Positions 16,316-25,183 of a stretch of DNA of 64,000 nt are shown piece by piece; the stretch's first letter is position 1; every line of letters begins with the position of its first letter. Source of the DNA: an uncultured Actinomycetes bacterium. Its GTDB lineage: Bacteria; Actinomycetota; Thermoleophilia; Gaiellales; JAICJC01. The notes under the pieces are model-generated. The model had not been told where the DNA came from, did no database searches, and saw only the letters and a list, made by a program, of their open reading frames with translations. The translations under genes and the position numbers were made by a program. The stretch covers positions 612,144 through 676,143 of the forward strand of contig CAWJLQ010000008.1 of the NCBI GenBank assembly GCA_963843705.1. The letters run 5' to 3'.

Positions 16316-18757
16316 CTAGGCGGGCGGCACGACCCGGGGCGCGCGGTTCAGGTCGAGCTCGCGCTCGCTCATGAAGTGGGCGGTGGTGATCATGCGCAAC
16401 CGGACGACGACACCGCTCCGGCGGTCGATCCACAGCCGGAAGAAGGTCGGCCCGCCGGGTTGGACGAGGGTGATCTGCACCGTGCGGCGGCCGCCGCCGG
16501 CGACGTAGACGGCCTGCGCCGTCGGCGCCCAGAACGGATCGGGCTGGCGCACGCGCGCCGTCGTGGACCGCTTCCAGCCGCCGCCGGTTTGCCTGGTCCA
16601 GCGGGTCGTGCCGATGATGCGCGCGACCTCGCCCCCGTGGACGTCGATCGAGAGCCGGTCCGGCGCGTTGGCGATGTAGGTCGTGGTGACGGCACGGCCG
16701 GGCGCCGACGCGAGCACGTTCAGCGCACGCAGGCTGCGCAGCGCCGCGAACCGCCGCGCCGCGCGGCGCAGGAGCGCATCCGCGGGGCGGGCGGCGGCCG
16801 CCGGGAGCGCGATCCGGGCCGCGACGGGCGCCCGCCCCGGTCGCGCGATCGAGACCGCCAGCGTGGTCGCGGCCGCCGGAGCGGGCGCCTGGTAACACAC
16901 ACCCTGTGCGCCCGGGCACGGCGTGGCGACGTGCCCGCCGGCCACGATCAGCGCATCGGGCACGCCCGCGCCCGTCTGGGAGAGCAGCGTCAGCCGCACC
17001 GTCCGCCGGCCCGACCGCTGCACGCCGACCGCGAGGTCGCCGGCCTCGGCGGCCGCAACCGGGCCGGTGCGCTCGGGGGCCGCCACCGTGGGCGGCGCCG
17101 CGCTCCTCGCCCCCAGCGTCACGGCCGCCCGGAAGGTGCGTGCGCGGTCCGTGATCGTGAGCGGTGTCCGTCCCGCAGGGAGGCTGGCCAGGAGGCCGGC
17201 ATAGGTGCCGTCGGCGGCGCGGTGGAGGGTCGCCCGCCGGTGATCCGCCGCCACCGTCGCCGTGGCGGCGTCGCCCGGGAGGCGGAGGGCGACGACGTTG
17301 CGCCCGGCGACCCCCGGCCACAGCACGATCGCGGCGGCCGCGCCCAGCCGGAGACGAACCGGCCCCCCGCTCGCCCCGGACGGGAGGCCGGCGAATCCGG
17401 GCGTGTTCGACGGCGGCAGGTCGGTCAGGAGCGCGACGACGGCCACGACGCACGCGAGGAGGGCGAGCTCGGCGGCGCCGCGGCGACGGATGCCGCCGAC
17501 CGCGGCGATCCGGCGCCGGTTGAGGTACCCGAGCACCACCAGGGCGGCCAGCAGGATCGTCTTCGCGACGAGCGCCCGGCCGTAGCCGGTCCGCAGCAGC
17601 TGCGACGGCTCCGACACCGCCCACAGCGCCCTCGCGGCGCCCGTCAGGGCGAGGACGACGACGCTCGCGACCGCGATCCGGGAGAAGCGGGCCGCCGCGG
17701 CGGAGCGGATCCGCGCGCGCTCTGCGTCCGGAAGGCCGCGGGTGGCATGCGGCGTCACCAGCACGAGCTGCGCGAGCCCGCCGATCCAGACGGCGGCGGC
17801 GGCGGTGTGCAGCGCATCGACGGCCACCGCCGGATCCCCGAGTCCGGGGTCGCCCGCGTGCCCGGACAGTCCCGGCACGATCACCGCCCATGCGCCCAGG
17901 AGCGCCGCCGGTACGGCGACCAGGAGCGCGCCGGCGCGGGTGCGGCGGGCGAGGGCGAAGGCGGCCGCCGTGGCGACGCAGAACGCGGCGCCGAGGTCGA
18001 TCCCGCGCCCGAACTCGCGTCCGAAGCGGGTGGCGTCGAGCGCCGACCCGATCGGCCCGCGGTGGTTGAACGCCTGCCAGAACGAGACCCCGGCAACCTC
18101 GGCGCCCTGGCGGGTGAGCGCGACCCATCCGCCGGCCAGCATCAGCCCCGCCGCGGCCAGGAGGAGCGAGTTCGCACGGGCGCCCTCGCGCAGCTCCGCC
18201 ATCTCGCGCCCGCGGCCCGTGACGGCCGAGATCGCCGGCCGGAAGACGGCGATGCGGTAGACGGCGCCGCCGACCAGCAGCATCAGCCCGAGGAAGTAGG
18301 CGAAGCGGGCGACCAGGAACGGCCAGTCAAGCGCGGACGACTCCGTCGTCGCAGCCTGCGGAGCGGGCGCGCCGCGGCCGACGCCGATCGCGACCACCCC
18401 CGACACGATGTGGCCGTCGCTCGAGACGACCTTCCAGCGCACCGTGTAGTCGCCGCGGCCGAGCCCGGGCCGCAGCGGCACGATCAGGGCACGGGGGTCG
18501 CCGGGAGCGGCGTGCGCCCGGCCGGACATGACCGATGCACCGCTCGATGCGACGGCGCGGGTACCCGCGTCCTCGACCGGCTCGTCGAAGTGCAGCACGA
18601 TCCGCCCCGGCGCCCGCGCGACGACCGTCCCGGCCGCCGGATCGGTGCGCAGCAGGCTGGCGTGCGCCTGCGCCTGTGCCGGAAGCGCGGCGGGCGCGAG
18701 CAGCACGACGAGGGCGAGCGCGCGCACACGCAGCTTCCAGGGCACGAACGTGCGCAT
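16316..18757 (-). CDS. CopC-CopD fusion copper resistance/uptake protein (YcnJ-like) with a long C-terminal extension
   Basis: ATG 18757 gives a signal peptide (MRTFVPWKLRVRALALVVLLAPAALPAQAQA) and a mature N-terminal His (HASLLRTDP). A CopC segment (YTVRWKVVSSDGH) is followed by about 8 TM segments of CopD type, then roughly 330 extra residues. Confidence 0.8.
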   Translation of the reverse strand: MRTFVPWKLRVRALALVVLLAPAALPAQAQAHASLLRTDPAAGTVVARAPGRIVLHFDEPVEDAGTRAVASSGASVMSGRAHAAPGDPRALIVPLRPGLGRGDYTVRWKVVSSDGHIVSGVVAIGVGRGAPAPQAATTESSALDWPFLVARFAYFLGLMLLVGGAVYRIAVFRPAISAVTGRGREMAELREGARANSLLLAAAGLMLAGGWVALTRQGAEVAGVSFWQAFNHRGPIGSALDATRFGREFGRGIDLGAAFCVATAAAFALARRTRAGALLVAVPAALLGAWAVIVPGLSGHAGDPGLGDPAVAVDALHTAAAAVWIGGLAQLVLVTPHATRGLPDAERARIRSAAAARFSRIAVASVVVLALTGAARALWAVSEPSQLLRTGYGRALVAKTILLAALVVLGYLNRRRIAAVGGIRRRGAAELALLACVVAVVALLTDLPPSNTPGFAGLPSGASGGPVRLRLGAAAAIVLWPGVAGRNVVALRLPGDAATATVAADHRRATLHRAADGTYAGLLASLPAGRTPLTITDRARTFRAAVTLGARSAAPPTVAAPERTGPVAAAEAGDLAVGVQRSGRRTVRLTLLSQTGAGVPDALIVAGGHVATPCPGAQGVCYQAPAPAAATTLAVSIARPGRAPVAARIALPAAAARPADALLRRAARRFAALRSLRALNVLASAPGRAVTTTYIANAPDRLSIDVHGGEVARIIGTTRWTRQTGGGWKRSTTARVRQPDPFWAPTAQAVYVAGGGRRTVQITLVQPGGPTFFRLWIDRRSGVVVRLRMITTAHFMSERELDLNRAPRVVPPA

Positions 18758-18796
18758 GTGCGGCGTGAGTATCGCAGCGCCGGTTACCATGGGCGC

Positions 18797-19993
18797 GTGC
18801 TCTCCGAAACGCTGGACAGGATGGCCGCGCTCGCAGTCGGGTTCGGAGCCAACGTCCAGGCCGGGCAGCGCGTGATGGTGCTGGCGGCGCTGGGGCAGGA
18901 GGAGCTCGCCCGCCGCATCGTCGAGCGTGCGTACAAGGCCGGTGCGGTGTACGTCGACATGACCTACCGGGATCCCTACGTGCAGCGCGCCCGGCTGGTT
19001 TACGGCGTCGACGAGGCGCTCGGGTACGAGCCCGAGTGGATCGTCGAGAAGGTGCGCCAGCACGGCATCCACGAGGGCGCCCAGATCGCGCTCTCCGGGC
19101 CGACCGAGCCCGGGCTGCTCGACGGCATCGACCCCGCCAGGATCGGGCTCGACCGTCCCCCCGGCCGCGTGCAGGGGCTCGAGAACATGACCGCGGCCCG
19201 CAACAACTGGACGATCGTCCCCTGTCCGACGCTCGGCTGGGCCCAGCTCGTGCACCCCGACATCGAGCCGGAGGCGGCCCTGACCAGGCTGTGGGGCGAG
19301 ATCGAGGTCGTGTGCCGGCTGGACGCCGACGACCCGGTGGCGGCGTGGACGGATCGGATCGCGCAGCTGAAGCGGGCATGCGACGCGCTGAACGAGCGCC
19401 GGTTCGACGTCATCCACCTGGAGGGGCCGGGGACGGATCTGCGCGTCGGCCTGCTGCCGGGCTCGCGGTGGAACGGAGGCGGCATGGAGACGTCCTGGGG
19501 GCTGCCGCACCGGGCGAACCTGCCCACCGAAGAGGTGTTCACGTCGCCCGACCCCGAACGCGTGGAGGGCGTCGTGCGTTCGACGAAGCCGCGCGAGCTC
19601 TCGGGCACGATCGTGCGCGACTTCGAGGTGCGGTTCGAGGGCGGCCGCGTGGTGTCGATCGAGGCCGCCGAGAACGGCGACGTGCTGAAGGCCTACGCCG
19701 AGCGGGACGAGGGCGCCGGGCGTTTGGGCGAGCTCGCACTCGTCGACGGCAGCGGCCGCATCGGGCCGCTCGACACGGTCTTCTACGACACGCTGCTCGA
19801 CGAGAACGCCGCCAGCCACATCGCGCTCGGGCAGGGCTTCGACTGGGCGGTCGCCGAGGATGACCGGCCGCGCATCAACCGCAGCGAGGTGCACGTCGAC
19901 TTCATGATCGGCTCACCCGAGGTCGACGTCACCGGGATCACCGGCGGCGGCGATCGCGTCCCGGTTCTGCGCGGCGGCGCCTGGCAGATCTGA
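18797..19993 (+). CDS. M29 family aminopeptidase (AmpS/PepS-like)
   Basis: GTG 18797 inside tracked ORF 16100..19993. NWTIVPCPTLGWA, PTEEVFTSP, DENAASHIALG and EVHVDFMIGS are recognisable. The first roughly 900 codons of the tracked ORF are antisense to CopCD and R/G/P-rich, so they are an artefact. Confidence 0.85.
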   Translation: MLSETLDRMAALAVGFGANVQAGQRVMVLAALGQEELARRIVERAYKAGAVYVDMTYRDPYVQRARLVYGVDEALGYEPEWIVEKVRQHGIHEGAQIALSGPTEPGLLDGIDPARIGLDRPPGRVQGLENMTAARNNWTIVPCPTLGWAQLVHPDIEPEAALTRLWGEIEVVCRLDADDPVAAWTDRIAQLKRACDALNERRFDVIHLEGPGTDLRVGLLPGSRWNGGGMETSWGLPHRANLPTEEVFTSPDPERVEGVVRSTKPRELSGTIVRDFEVRFEGGRVVSIEAAENGDVLKAYAERDEGAGRLGELALVDGSGRIGPLDTVFYDTLLDENAASHIALGQGFDWAVAEDDRPRINRSEVHVDFMIGSPEVDVTGITGGGDRVPVLRGGAWQI

Positions 19994-19998
19994 GCGGC

Positions 19999-20218
19999 AT
20001 GGAGAACGTCGCGGTGGTGCGGAGCTACCTCGGGCTCCTCGAGCGGCGTGACCTCGATCGCGACCAGCGGCGCGAAGATCTCCACGGTGCGTGACGGGCG
20101 GATCGTCCGCACGCCGGCCACGACGACGTGCTCGGCGTCCCGCGCCGGCTCGGGGTCGCCGAGCTGCCCGGCGAGCGCACCTCGGATTGAGGTGCAGCCC
20201 CCAGCACGCGAGTCGTGA
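19999..20218 (+). pseudogene. Remnant of a SnoaL/NTF2-like gene
   Basis: ATG 19999 gives MENVAVVRSYLGLLERRDLD (a typical SnoaL N-terminus) and stops after 31 codons. The +1 frame then reads ISTVRDGRIVR (a typical C-terminal strand), with further pieces in a third frame. Confidence 0.3.
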
Positions 20219-20234
20219 GAGAGGGCCGAAGAGC

Positions 20235-20318
20235 GGGGCCTGGCCCCGGTGTACCGGGGCCAGGCCCCAGGGCGACGGGATCCGTTACACCGGGGCCAGG
20301 CCCCAGGGCGACGGGATC
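20235..20318. repeat. GGGGCC(T/A)GGCCCC palindromes (3 copies), including a 30-nt exact direct repeat with a 36-nt period
   Basis: Palindromes at 20235-20247, 20256-20268 and 20292-20304. ACCGGGGCCAGGCCCCAGGGCGACGGGATC occurs at 20253-20282 and again at 20289-20318. The cluster lies between convergent genes. Confidence 0.85.
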
Positions 20319-20345
20319 GGGCACCGTTCCCCGTCTGACCCCGGT

Positions 20346-20807
20346 TCAGGCGGCGCCGGTGCGCATGCGGAAGATCGTGGCGATGACCTCGGCCGGGTCG
20401 AGATCGTCGTCGTGCCCGAGGCTTCCGCCCCGCAGTCGCAGCGACGTGTACGCCATCAGGTCGCGCATCGAGATGACGCCCACCACGTGGCCGTCCTCGT
20501 TCACGATCGGGAGGTGGCGGAAGTGCCCGTCCACCATGAGCGCCATCGCCTCGGGGATGGCGGTCTCGGGCGAGGCCGTGAGCACGTGGCGGGTCATGCG
20601 CTGCTCGAGGGGTGTGGCCGGGTCGGTGCCGTCGCTGACGCAGCGCATCAGGTCGCGTTCGGTGATCACGCCGACGAGCTCCCCGTCCCCGTCCAGGACC
20701 ATGGCCGCGCCGACGTCCGCGTCCACCATGCGGCGGGCGGCGTCGCCGATCCGCGTGGAGGGCGAGACGGTGACGACATTCGTCGCCATGACATCGGTGA
20801 GCTGCAT
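20346..20807 (-). CDS. CBS domain pair protein
   Basis: Contains two CBS repeats (VVTVSP...AARRMVDADVGAAMVLD...GVITERDL and VLTASPETAIPEAMALMVDGHFRHLPIV...GVISMRDL). Confidence 0.85.
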   Translation of the reverse strand: MQLTDVMATNVVTVSPSTRIGDAARRMVDADVGAAMVLDGDGELVGVITERDLMRCVSDGTDPATPLEQRMTRHVLTASPETAIPEAMALMVDGHFRHLPIVNEDGHVVGVISMRDLMAYTSLRLRGGSLGHDDDLDPAEVIATIFRMRTGAA

Positions 20808-20835
20808 CAGGTCGAGTGTACGTGCGAGCCGGTGG

Positions 20836-22128
20836 TCATGCGAGCAGGAGCGTCGGCGCCTCCAGGAGCCGCTTCACCGTCTGCAGCAGGCGCGCCCCGT
20901 CCGCGCCGGAGCAGGCACGGTGATCGCACGAGAGCGTGACGGACATGATCTTGCGCGGCACGATCGCCCCGTCGCGCACGACCGCGCGCTCGGCGACGGC
21001 CGACACGGCCAGGATCGTCGATTCGGGCGGGTTGATGATGGCGGAGAAGGACGACACGTCGAGCATGCCCAGGTTGGACACGGTGAATGTCCCTCCCTCG
21101 ATCTCGCTCTGCCGTAGCTTCCCGGTGCGTGCGCGTGCGGCCAGGTCTCGCGTCTCGGCCGCGATCCGGCGCACGCTTTTCGTGTCGGCGTCGCGCAGCA
21201 CGGGCACGATCAGGCCGTCGTCGAGCGCGACCGCGATGCCGGCGTGCACGTGCGCGTGATAGACGTGCGTGCCGTCGACGTAGGAGCGGTGCGCCTGCGG
21301 GTGCTGCATGAGCGCCTGGGCGCAGGCCCGGACGATGAGGTCGTTGACGCTCACCTTCTCGCCGGTGTCGGCCAGCGCGGCGTTCAGCTCCGCTCGCAGC
21401 TCGAGCGCGCGGGTCATGTCGATGTCGGAGCTGACGTAGAAGTGGGGGACGGTCGCCTTGGCGTCGGCCATCCGCTTCGCCACCGCCTTCAGCATCGGCG
21501 TCAGCTCGCGCACCTCGTCCTCGCCGGGGGCCGGCGGGGCCGGGGGCGGTGGAGCCTGGAGCGGAGCCTGCGGCGCAGTCTCCTGCGCCGGGGCGCTCGG
21601 CGCGGCGGTCGTGGCGGTCGCGCCGCCGGCCAGCGCGCGCTCCACGTCGGCCTTCACGATCCGGCCGTCGGGGCCCGTGCCCTGACCGGCCAGCGTGCGC
21701 AGGTCGAGGCCGGCCGTATCGGCCATGCGGCGGGCGATCGGGCTCGCCCGGAAGCCGCCGTCGTCGCCATTCGCAGTCGGCGCGGACCGCGCCTCCGGCG
21801 GTGCGGTCACGGCCGGCGCGGCGGCGGCCGGGCCGTCGCCGTCGCCGTTGGCGGCCGCCGGGCGGCCGGCATCCTCCGGCACCTCCTCGCCCTCGGCGCC
21901 GACGATCGCGATCGGGGCGCCGAGCGCCGCCGACTCGCCGTCGCCGACGAGGATCTTGAGCATCGTGCCGTCCTCGTAGGCCTGGAACTCCATCGTCGCC
22001 TTGTCGGTCTCGATCTCGGCGATCACGTCGCCCTCGTGGAAGCTCTCGCCCTCCTGCTTCAGCCAGCGGCCGATCGTCCCCTGCTCCATCGTGTCCGACA
22101 GGCGCGGCATGGTGAGCTCTTCCGACAT
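20836..22128 (-). CDS. 2-oxoacid dehydrogenase E2 (dihydrolipoamide acyltransferase), PDH type
   Basis: ATG 22128 gives MSEELTMPRLSDTMEQGTI. It has a lipoyl domain (EIETDKATMEF), an Ala/Pro linker, an E3-binding domain (ASPIARRMA) and a catalytic domain ending in DHRACSGADGARLL. Confidence 0.9.
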   Translation of the reverse strand: MSEELTMPRLSDTMEQGTIGRWLKQEGESFHEGDVIAEIETDKATMEFQAYEDGTMLKILVGDGESAALGAPIAIVGAEGEEVPEDAGRPAAANGDGDGPAAAAPAVTAPPEARSAPTANGDDGGFRASPIARRMADTAGLDLRTLAGQGTGPDGRIVKADVERALAGGATATTAAPSAPAQETAPQAPLQAPPPPAPPAPGEDEVRELTPMLKAVAKRMADAKATVPHFYVSSDIDMTRALELRAELNAALADTGEKVSVNDLIVRACAQALMQHPQAHRSYVDGTHVYHAHVHAGIAVALDDGLIVPVLRDADTKSVRRIAAETRDLAARARTGKLRQSEIEGGTFTVSNLGMLDVSSFSAIINPPESTILAVSAVAERAVVRDGAIVPRKIMSVTLSCDHRACSGADGARLLQTVKRLLEAPTLLLA

Positions 22129-22139
22129 CGGCCCGAACC

Positions 22140-23129
22140 TTACAGCCCGCACTCGGCCAGCAACGAGCGCGCCGCGGCCTCGATCTTGGCTTCGAGCGGG
22201 AGCGCCGCCAGCTCGAGCGGCTTGGAGTAGGGCATCGGCACCTCGGCCTGGCCGACCCGCTCCACCGGTGCGTCGAGATCGTCGAAGCACACGCGCTGGA
22301 GGCGGGCGGCCAGCTCTGCGCCGACGCCGTAGGTCGACCAGCCCTCCTCGGCCACGAGCACGCGGTTCGTCTTGCGCACCGACTCCGCCACGGTGTCGAC
22401 GTCGAGCGGGCGCAGCGAGCGCAGGTCGATCACCTCGGCTGAGAGCCCGTCGTGGGCGAGCCGGTCGGCTACGCGCAGCGCCCGCTGCACCGTGTAGGAG
22501 TGCGCGACGATGGTGAGGTCGGCGCCCTCACGGGCGACCGCGGCGCGGCCCAGCGGGATGGCGCCGTCGCCGTCGTCGGGCAGCGGGCCGGTCAGGTTGT
22601 AGAGCACGAGGTTCTCGCAGAAGAGCACCGGGTCGTCGTCGCGGATGGCCGTCTTCAGCATCCCGTAGGCGTCCGCCGGGGTCGCGGGCGCGACCACCTT
22701 GAGGCCGGGACAGCCCGCGAACCAGACCTCGAGCGACTGCGAGTGCTGGGCGGTCAGCTGGGCGCCGGCGCCGCCGGGGCTGCGGATGACGAGCGGCACG
22801 CCGACGGTGCCGCCGAACATGTACCGGATCTTGGCCGCGTGGTTCACGACCTGGTCCATCGCGACCAGGATGAAGTTGATCGTCATGATCTCGATCACCG
22901 GCCGCAGGCCCATCATGGCCGCGCCGATGCCGGCGCCGATGAAGCCCTCCTCGGAGATCGGCGTCTCGCGGACGCGCACGGGGCCGTACTTCTGCCACAG
23001 GCCGGCCGTGACCTTGTAGGAGCCCTCGAAGCGGCCGATCTCCTCGCCCATCAGGAAGACGTCGGGGTCGCGGCCGAGCTCCTCGTCGAGCGCGAGGCGG
23101 AGCGCCTCGCGGTACGTCACGTCGGCCAT
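22140..23129 (-). CDS. 2-oxoacid (pyruvate) dehydrogenase E1 beta subunit
   Basis: MADVTYREALRLALDEEL...MGEEIG...RVRETPISEEGFIGAGIGAAMMGLRP is typical E1 beta. The first roughly 85 codons of tracked ORF 22140..23384 are not used. Confidence 0.92.
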   Translation of the reverse strand: MADVTYREALRLALDEELGRDPDVFLMGEEIGRFEGSYKVTAGLWQKYGPVRVRETPISEEGFIGAGIGAAMMGLRPVIEIMTINFILVAMDQVVNHAAKIRYMFGGTVGVPLVIRSPGGAGAQLTAQHSQSLEVWFAGCPGLKVVAPATPADAYGMLKTAIRDDDPVLFCENLVLYNLTGPLPDDGDGAIPLGRAAVAREGADLTIVAHSYTVQRALRVADRLAHDGLSAEVIDLRSLRPLDVDTVAESVRKTNRVLVAEEGWSTYGVGAELAARLQRVCFDDLDAPVERVGQAEVPMPYSKPLELAALPLEAKIEAAARSLLAECGL

Positions 23130-24193
23130 GTCTGGCCGTCTCCGCGCTCGCCGAAGGGCGCCCCGGCGCGCATGCGCGCGAACTGCTCGCCCGAGCTCGG
23201 GTCGCCGTAGAGGTGGTCGTACAGCCCTTCCCGGGGCGGAAACGAGGCCGACAGCGCCCGGTCGATGGCGTCCTTCACGGTCGTCGAGACCTCCTGCCAG
23301 ATCGCGTCGAGGTCCGCGCCCGTCGCCAGGCCGCGCTCGCCGAGCAGCAGGCCGTAGCGGGTGATCGGGTCGCGCTCGCGCCACGAGCGCACCTCGTCCG
23401 GCGTGCGGTACACCTTGCCCGCGTCGGCGACCGAGTGGCCGCGGTAGCGGTAGGTGATCGTCTCCAGCAGCGCCGGCCGTCGCTCCTCACGCGCCTGGCG
23501 GAGCAGCCGGTCGGCCGCCTCGCGCACGGCGAGGATGTCGTTTCCGTCCACCTGCTCTCCGTGCATGCGATAGGCGGCGGCCCGTTTCCACAGGTCGGGC
23601 TCGGCGTTCGACTGGGCGACCGAGGTGCCCATCCCGTACTGGTTGTTGATCGCCTGGAAGACGATCGGCAGCTCCCACAGCGACGCCAGGTTGAGGGCCT
23701 CGTGGAACGACCCCGTCGCGACCGCCCCGTCGCCGAACTGGCACAGGACGGCGGACTGTTGGTCACGGTAGGACATGGCGAGCGCCGTCCCCGCCGCGAT
23801 CGGCAGGTGGGCGCCGACGATGCCCCAGCCGCCGTAGAAGTGCCGCTCCACATCGAGCAGGTGCATCGACCCGCCGCGGCCGTGGGCGACGCCGGTCTCC
23901 TTGCCGAAGAGCTCCGCCATCACCGCGGCCGCCGGGCTGCCGACGGCCAGCGCCGTGGCGTGGTCGCGGTAGCTCGCGTAGAGCGCGTCGCCCGGCTCGA
24001 GCGCGTCGATCGACCCCACCGACGACGCCTCCTCGCCGATGGCGAGGTGGCAGTAGCCGCCGATGCGGGCGCGGGTGTACTGCTCCTCGGTGCGCTCCTC
24101 GAACCGGCGGATCAGCGCCATCTGCCGGAAGAGGGCGAGCGCGTGCCCGCGGTCGTCCAGAACCGCGGCATGGGTCTCGGCGGGCTTCGCCAT
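23117..24193 (-). CDS. 2-oxoacid (pyruvate) dehydrogenase E1 alpha subunit
   Basis: Has the ThDP motif GDGAVATGSFHEALNLASLWELPIVFQAINN and YRYRGHSVAD. Start is ATG 24193. It overlaps the E1 beta start by 13 nt. Confidence 0.92.
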   Translation of the reverse strand: MAKPAETHAAVLDDRGHALALFRQMALIRRFEERTEEQYTRARIGGYCHLAIGEEASSVGSIDALEPGDALYASYRDHATALAVGSPAAAVMAELFGKETGVAHGRGGSMHLLDVERHFYGGWGIVGAHLPIAAGTALAMSYRDQQSAVLCQFGDGAVATGSFHEALNLASLWELPIVFQAINNQYGMGTSVAQSNAEPDLWKRAAAYRMHGEQVDGNDILAVREAADRLLRQAREERRPALLETITYRYRGHSVADAGKVYRTPDEVRSWRERDPITRYGLLLGERGLATGADLDAIWQEVSTTVKDAIDRALSASFPPREGLYDHLYGDPSSGEQFARMRAGAPFGERGDGQTWPT

Positions 24194-24238
24194 GTCCCCG
24201 AACCTTAGCCCGGCCGAACGGGTAGTCTCCGAGCCGCG

Positions 24239-24493
24239 ATGGCGACCGCGGTGACCGTGCCAAGGCTGGGGGAGGAGGCCGCCCCCGCCGTCCTGATCAG
24301 GTTCCTGGTGGAGCCCGGGGCACCGGTGCGCCGGGGCGACCCGCTGTATGAGCTGGACACCGACAAGGTGACCCAGGAGGTCGAGGCCGAGGCCGACGGC
24401 GTGCTGCTGGAGGTGGTCGGCACGCCGGGGGTCGAGTATCCGCCCGGTGCGACGATCGCCTGGATCGGCGAGCCCGGCGAGCCGGTCGCGTGA
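24239..24493 (+). CDS. Free-standing lipoyl/biotinyl attachment domain protein (84 aa)
   Basis: It is a single lipoyl-type domain: VTVPRLGE...GDPLYELDTDKVTQEVEAEADGVLLEV, with the DK lysine in the usual hairpin position. Only 45 bp separate its ATG from the divergent E1 alpha ATG. Confidence 0.75.
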   Translation: MATAVTVPRLGEEAAPAVLIRFLVEPGAPVRRGDPLYELDTDKVTQEVEAEADGVLLEVVGTPGVEYPPGATIAWIGEPGEPVA

Positions 24494-25143
24494 GCGACGC
24501 CTTCCGCATCGCCCATCTCGACGATCTGGAGCGGCTCGAGGCGGCCGGCGTGCTCTACCGGCCGATCCGGCGCGCGCTCGGCGTGCGGGCATTCGGGGTG
24601 AACGCCTACACGGCCGCGAGGGCCGGCGACCAGGTGATCGAGCAGCACAGCGAGGGCGCCGGGGGCGGCTCCGGCCGCCAGGAGGAGCTCTACGTGGTGC
24701 TCGCCGGCCGCGCCGAGTTCACCGTTGCGGACGAGACCGTCGACGCGCCCGCCGGCACGATGGTGTTCGTCGGGGACGTGACGGCCAGGCGGGGCGCGGT
24801 CGCGACGGCCGACGACACCACCGTGCTCGTCGTCGGCGGCCCCGCCGACCAGCCCATCCCCACCTCGCCGTTCGAGTACTGGTTCGCGGCCGAGCCGGCC
24901 TACAGGGCGGGCGACTACGACCGCGCCGTCGAGATCGCGTCGGCCGGGCTCGCAGAGTGGCCGGAGCACGGGATGCTGAACTACCAGCTCGCGTGCTACC
25001 ACGCCCTCGCCGGCCGCAGGGAGCAGGCGCTGGAGCGGCTCGCGATCGCGGTGGCGGACGACCCCGGCACGCGTGCGTTCGCGCAGGACGACGAGGATCT
25101 CGACGCCATCCGCGCCGACCCCGCGTTCCCCGCGCCGCCCTGA
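24490..25143 (+). CDS. Cupin-domain protein with a helical (TPR-like) C-terminal half
   Basis: GTG 24490 overlaps the upstream stop (GTGA). A cupin-like core (VIEQHSE...EELYVVLAGRAEFTV...GTMVFV) is followed by helical repeats (YRAGDYDRAVEIASAGL...NYQLACYHALAG). Confidence 0.6.
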   Translation: MSDAFRIAHLDDLERLEAAGVLYRPIRRALGVRAFGVNAYTAARAGDQVIEQHSEGAGGGSGRQEELYVVLAGRAEFTVADETVDAPAGTMVFVGDVTARRGAVATADDTTVLVVGGPADQPIPTSPFEYWFAAEPAYRAGDYDRAVEIASAGLAEWPEHGMLNYQLACYHALAGRREQALERLAIAVADDPGTRAFAQDDEDLDAIRADPAFPAPP

Positions 25144-25183
25144 ACTAGGATGCCGGGCGGAAGCGAGCCGGAGGAGCGAGTCG

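Noticed and set aside
16100-18796. N-terminal roughly 900 codons of the 1297-aa plus-strand ORF 16100..19993
   Set aside because: It is antisense to the well-supported CopC/CopD gene and its translation is R/G/P/A/D low-complexity. Only the last 398 codons (from GTG 18797) match an M29 aminopeptidase. This is a typical long spurious ORF of high-GC DNA.
20253-20318. Possible CRISPR array
   Set aside because: There are only two direct repeats of 30 nt, separated by 6 nt (no spacer-sized unique segments), and no cas genes. It is better explained as a tandem duplication of a REP-like hairpin.
20836-22128. E2 catalytic motif DHRACSGADGA (Ser where many E2s have Asp in DHRxxDG)
   Set aside because: The catalytic His and the overall motif are intact. 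That position varies among acyltransferases, so I do not consider it evidence of altered function without an alignment.
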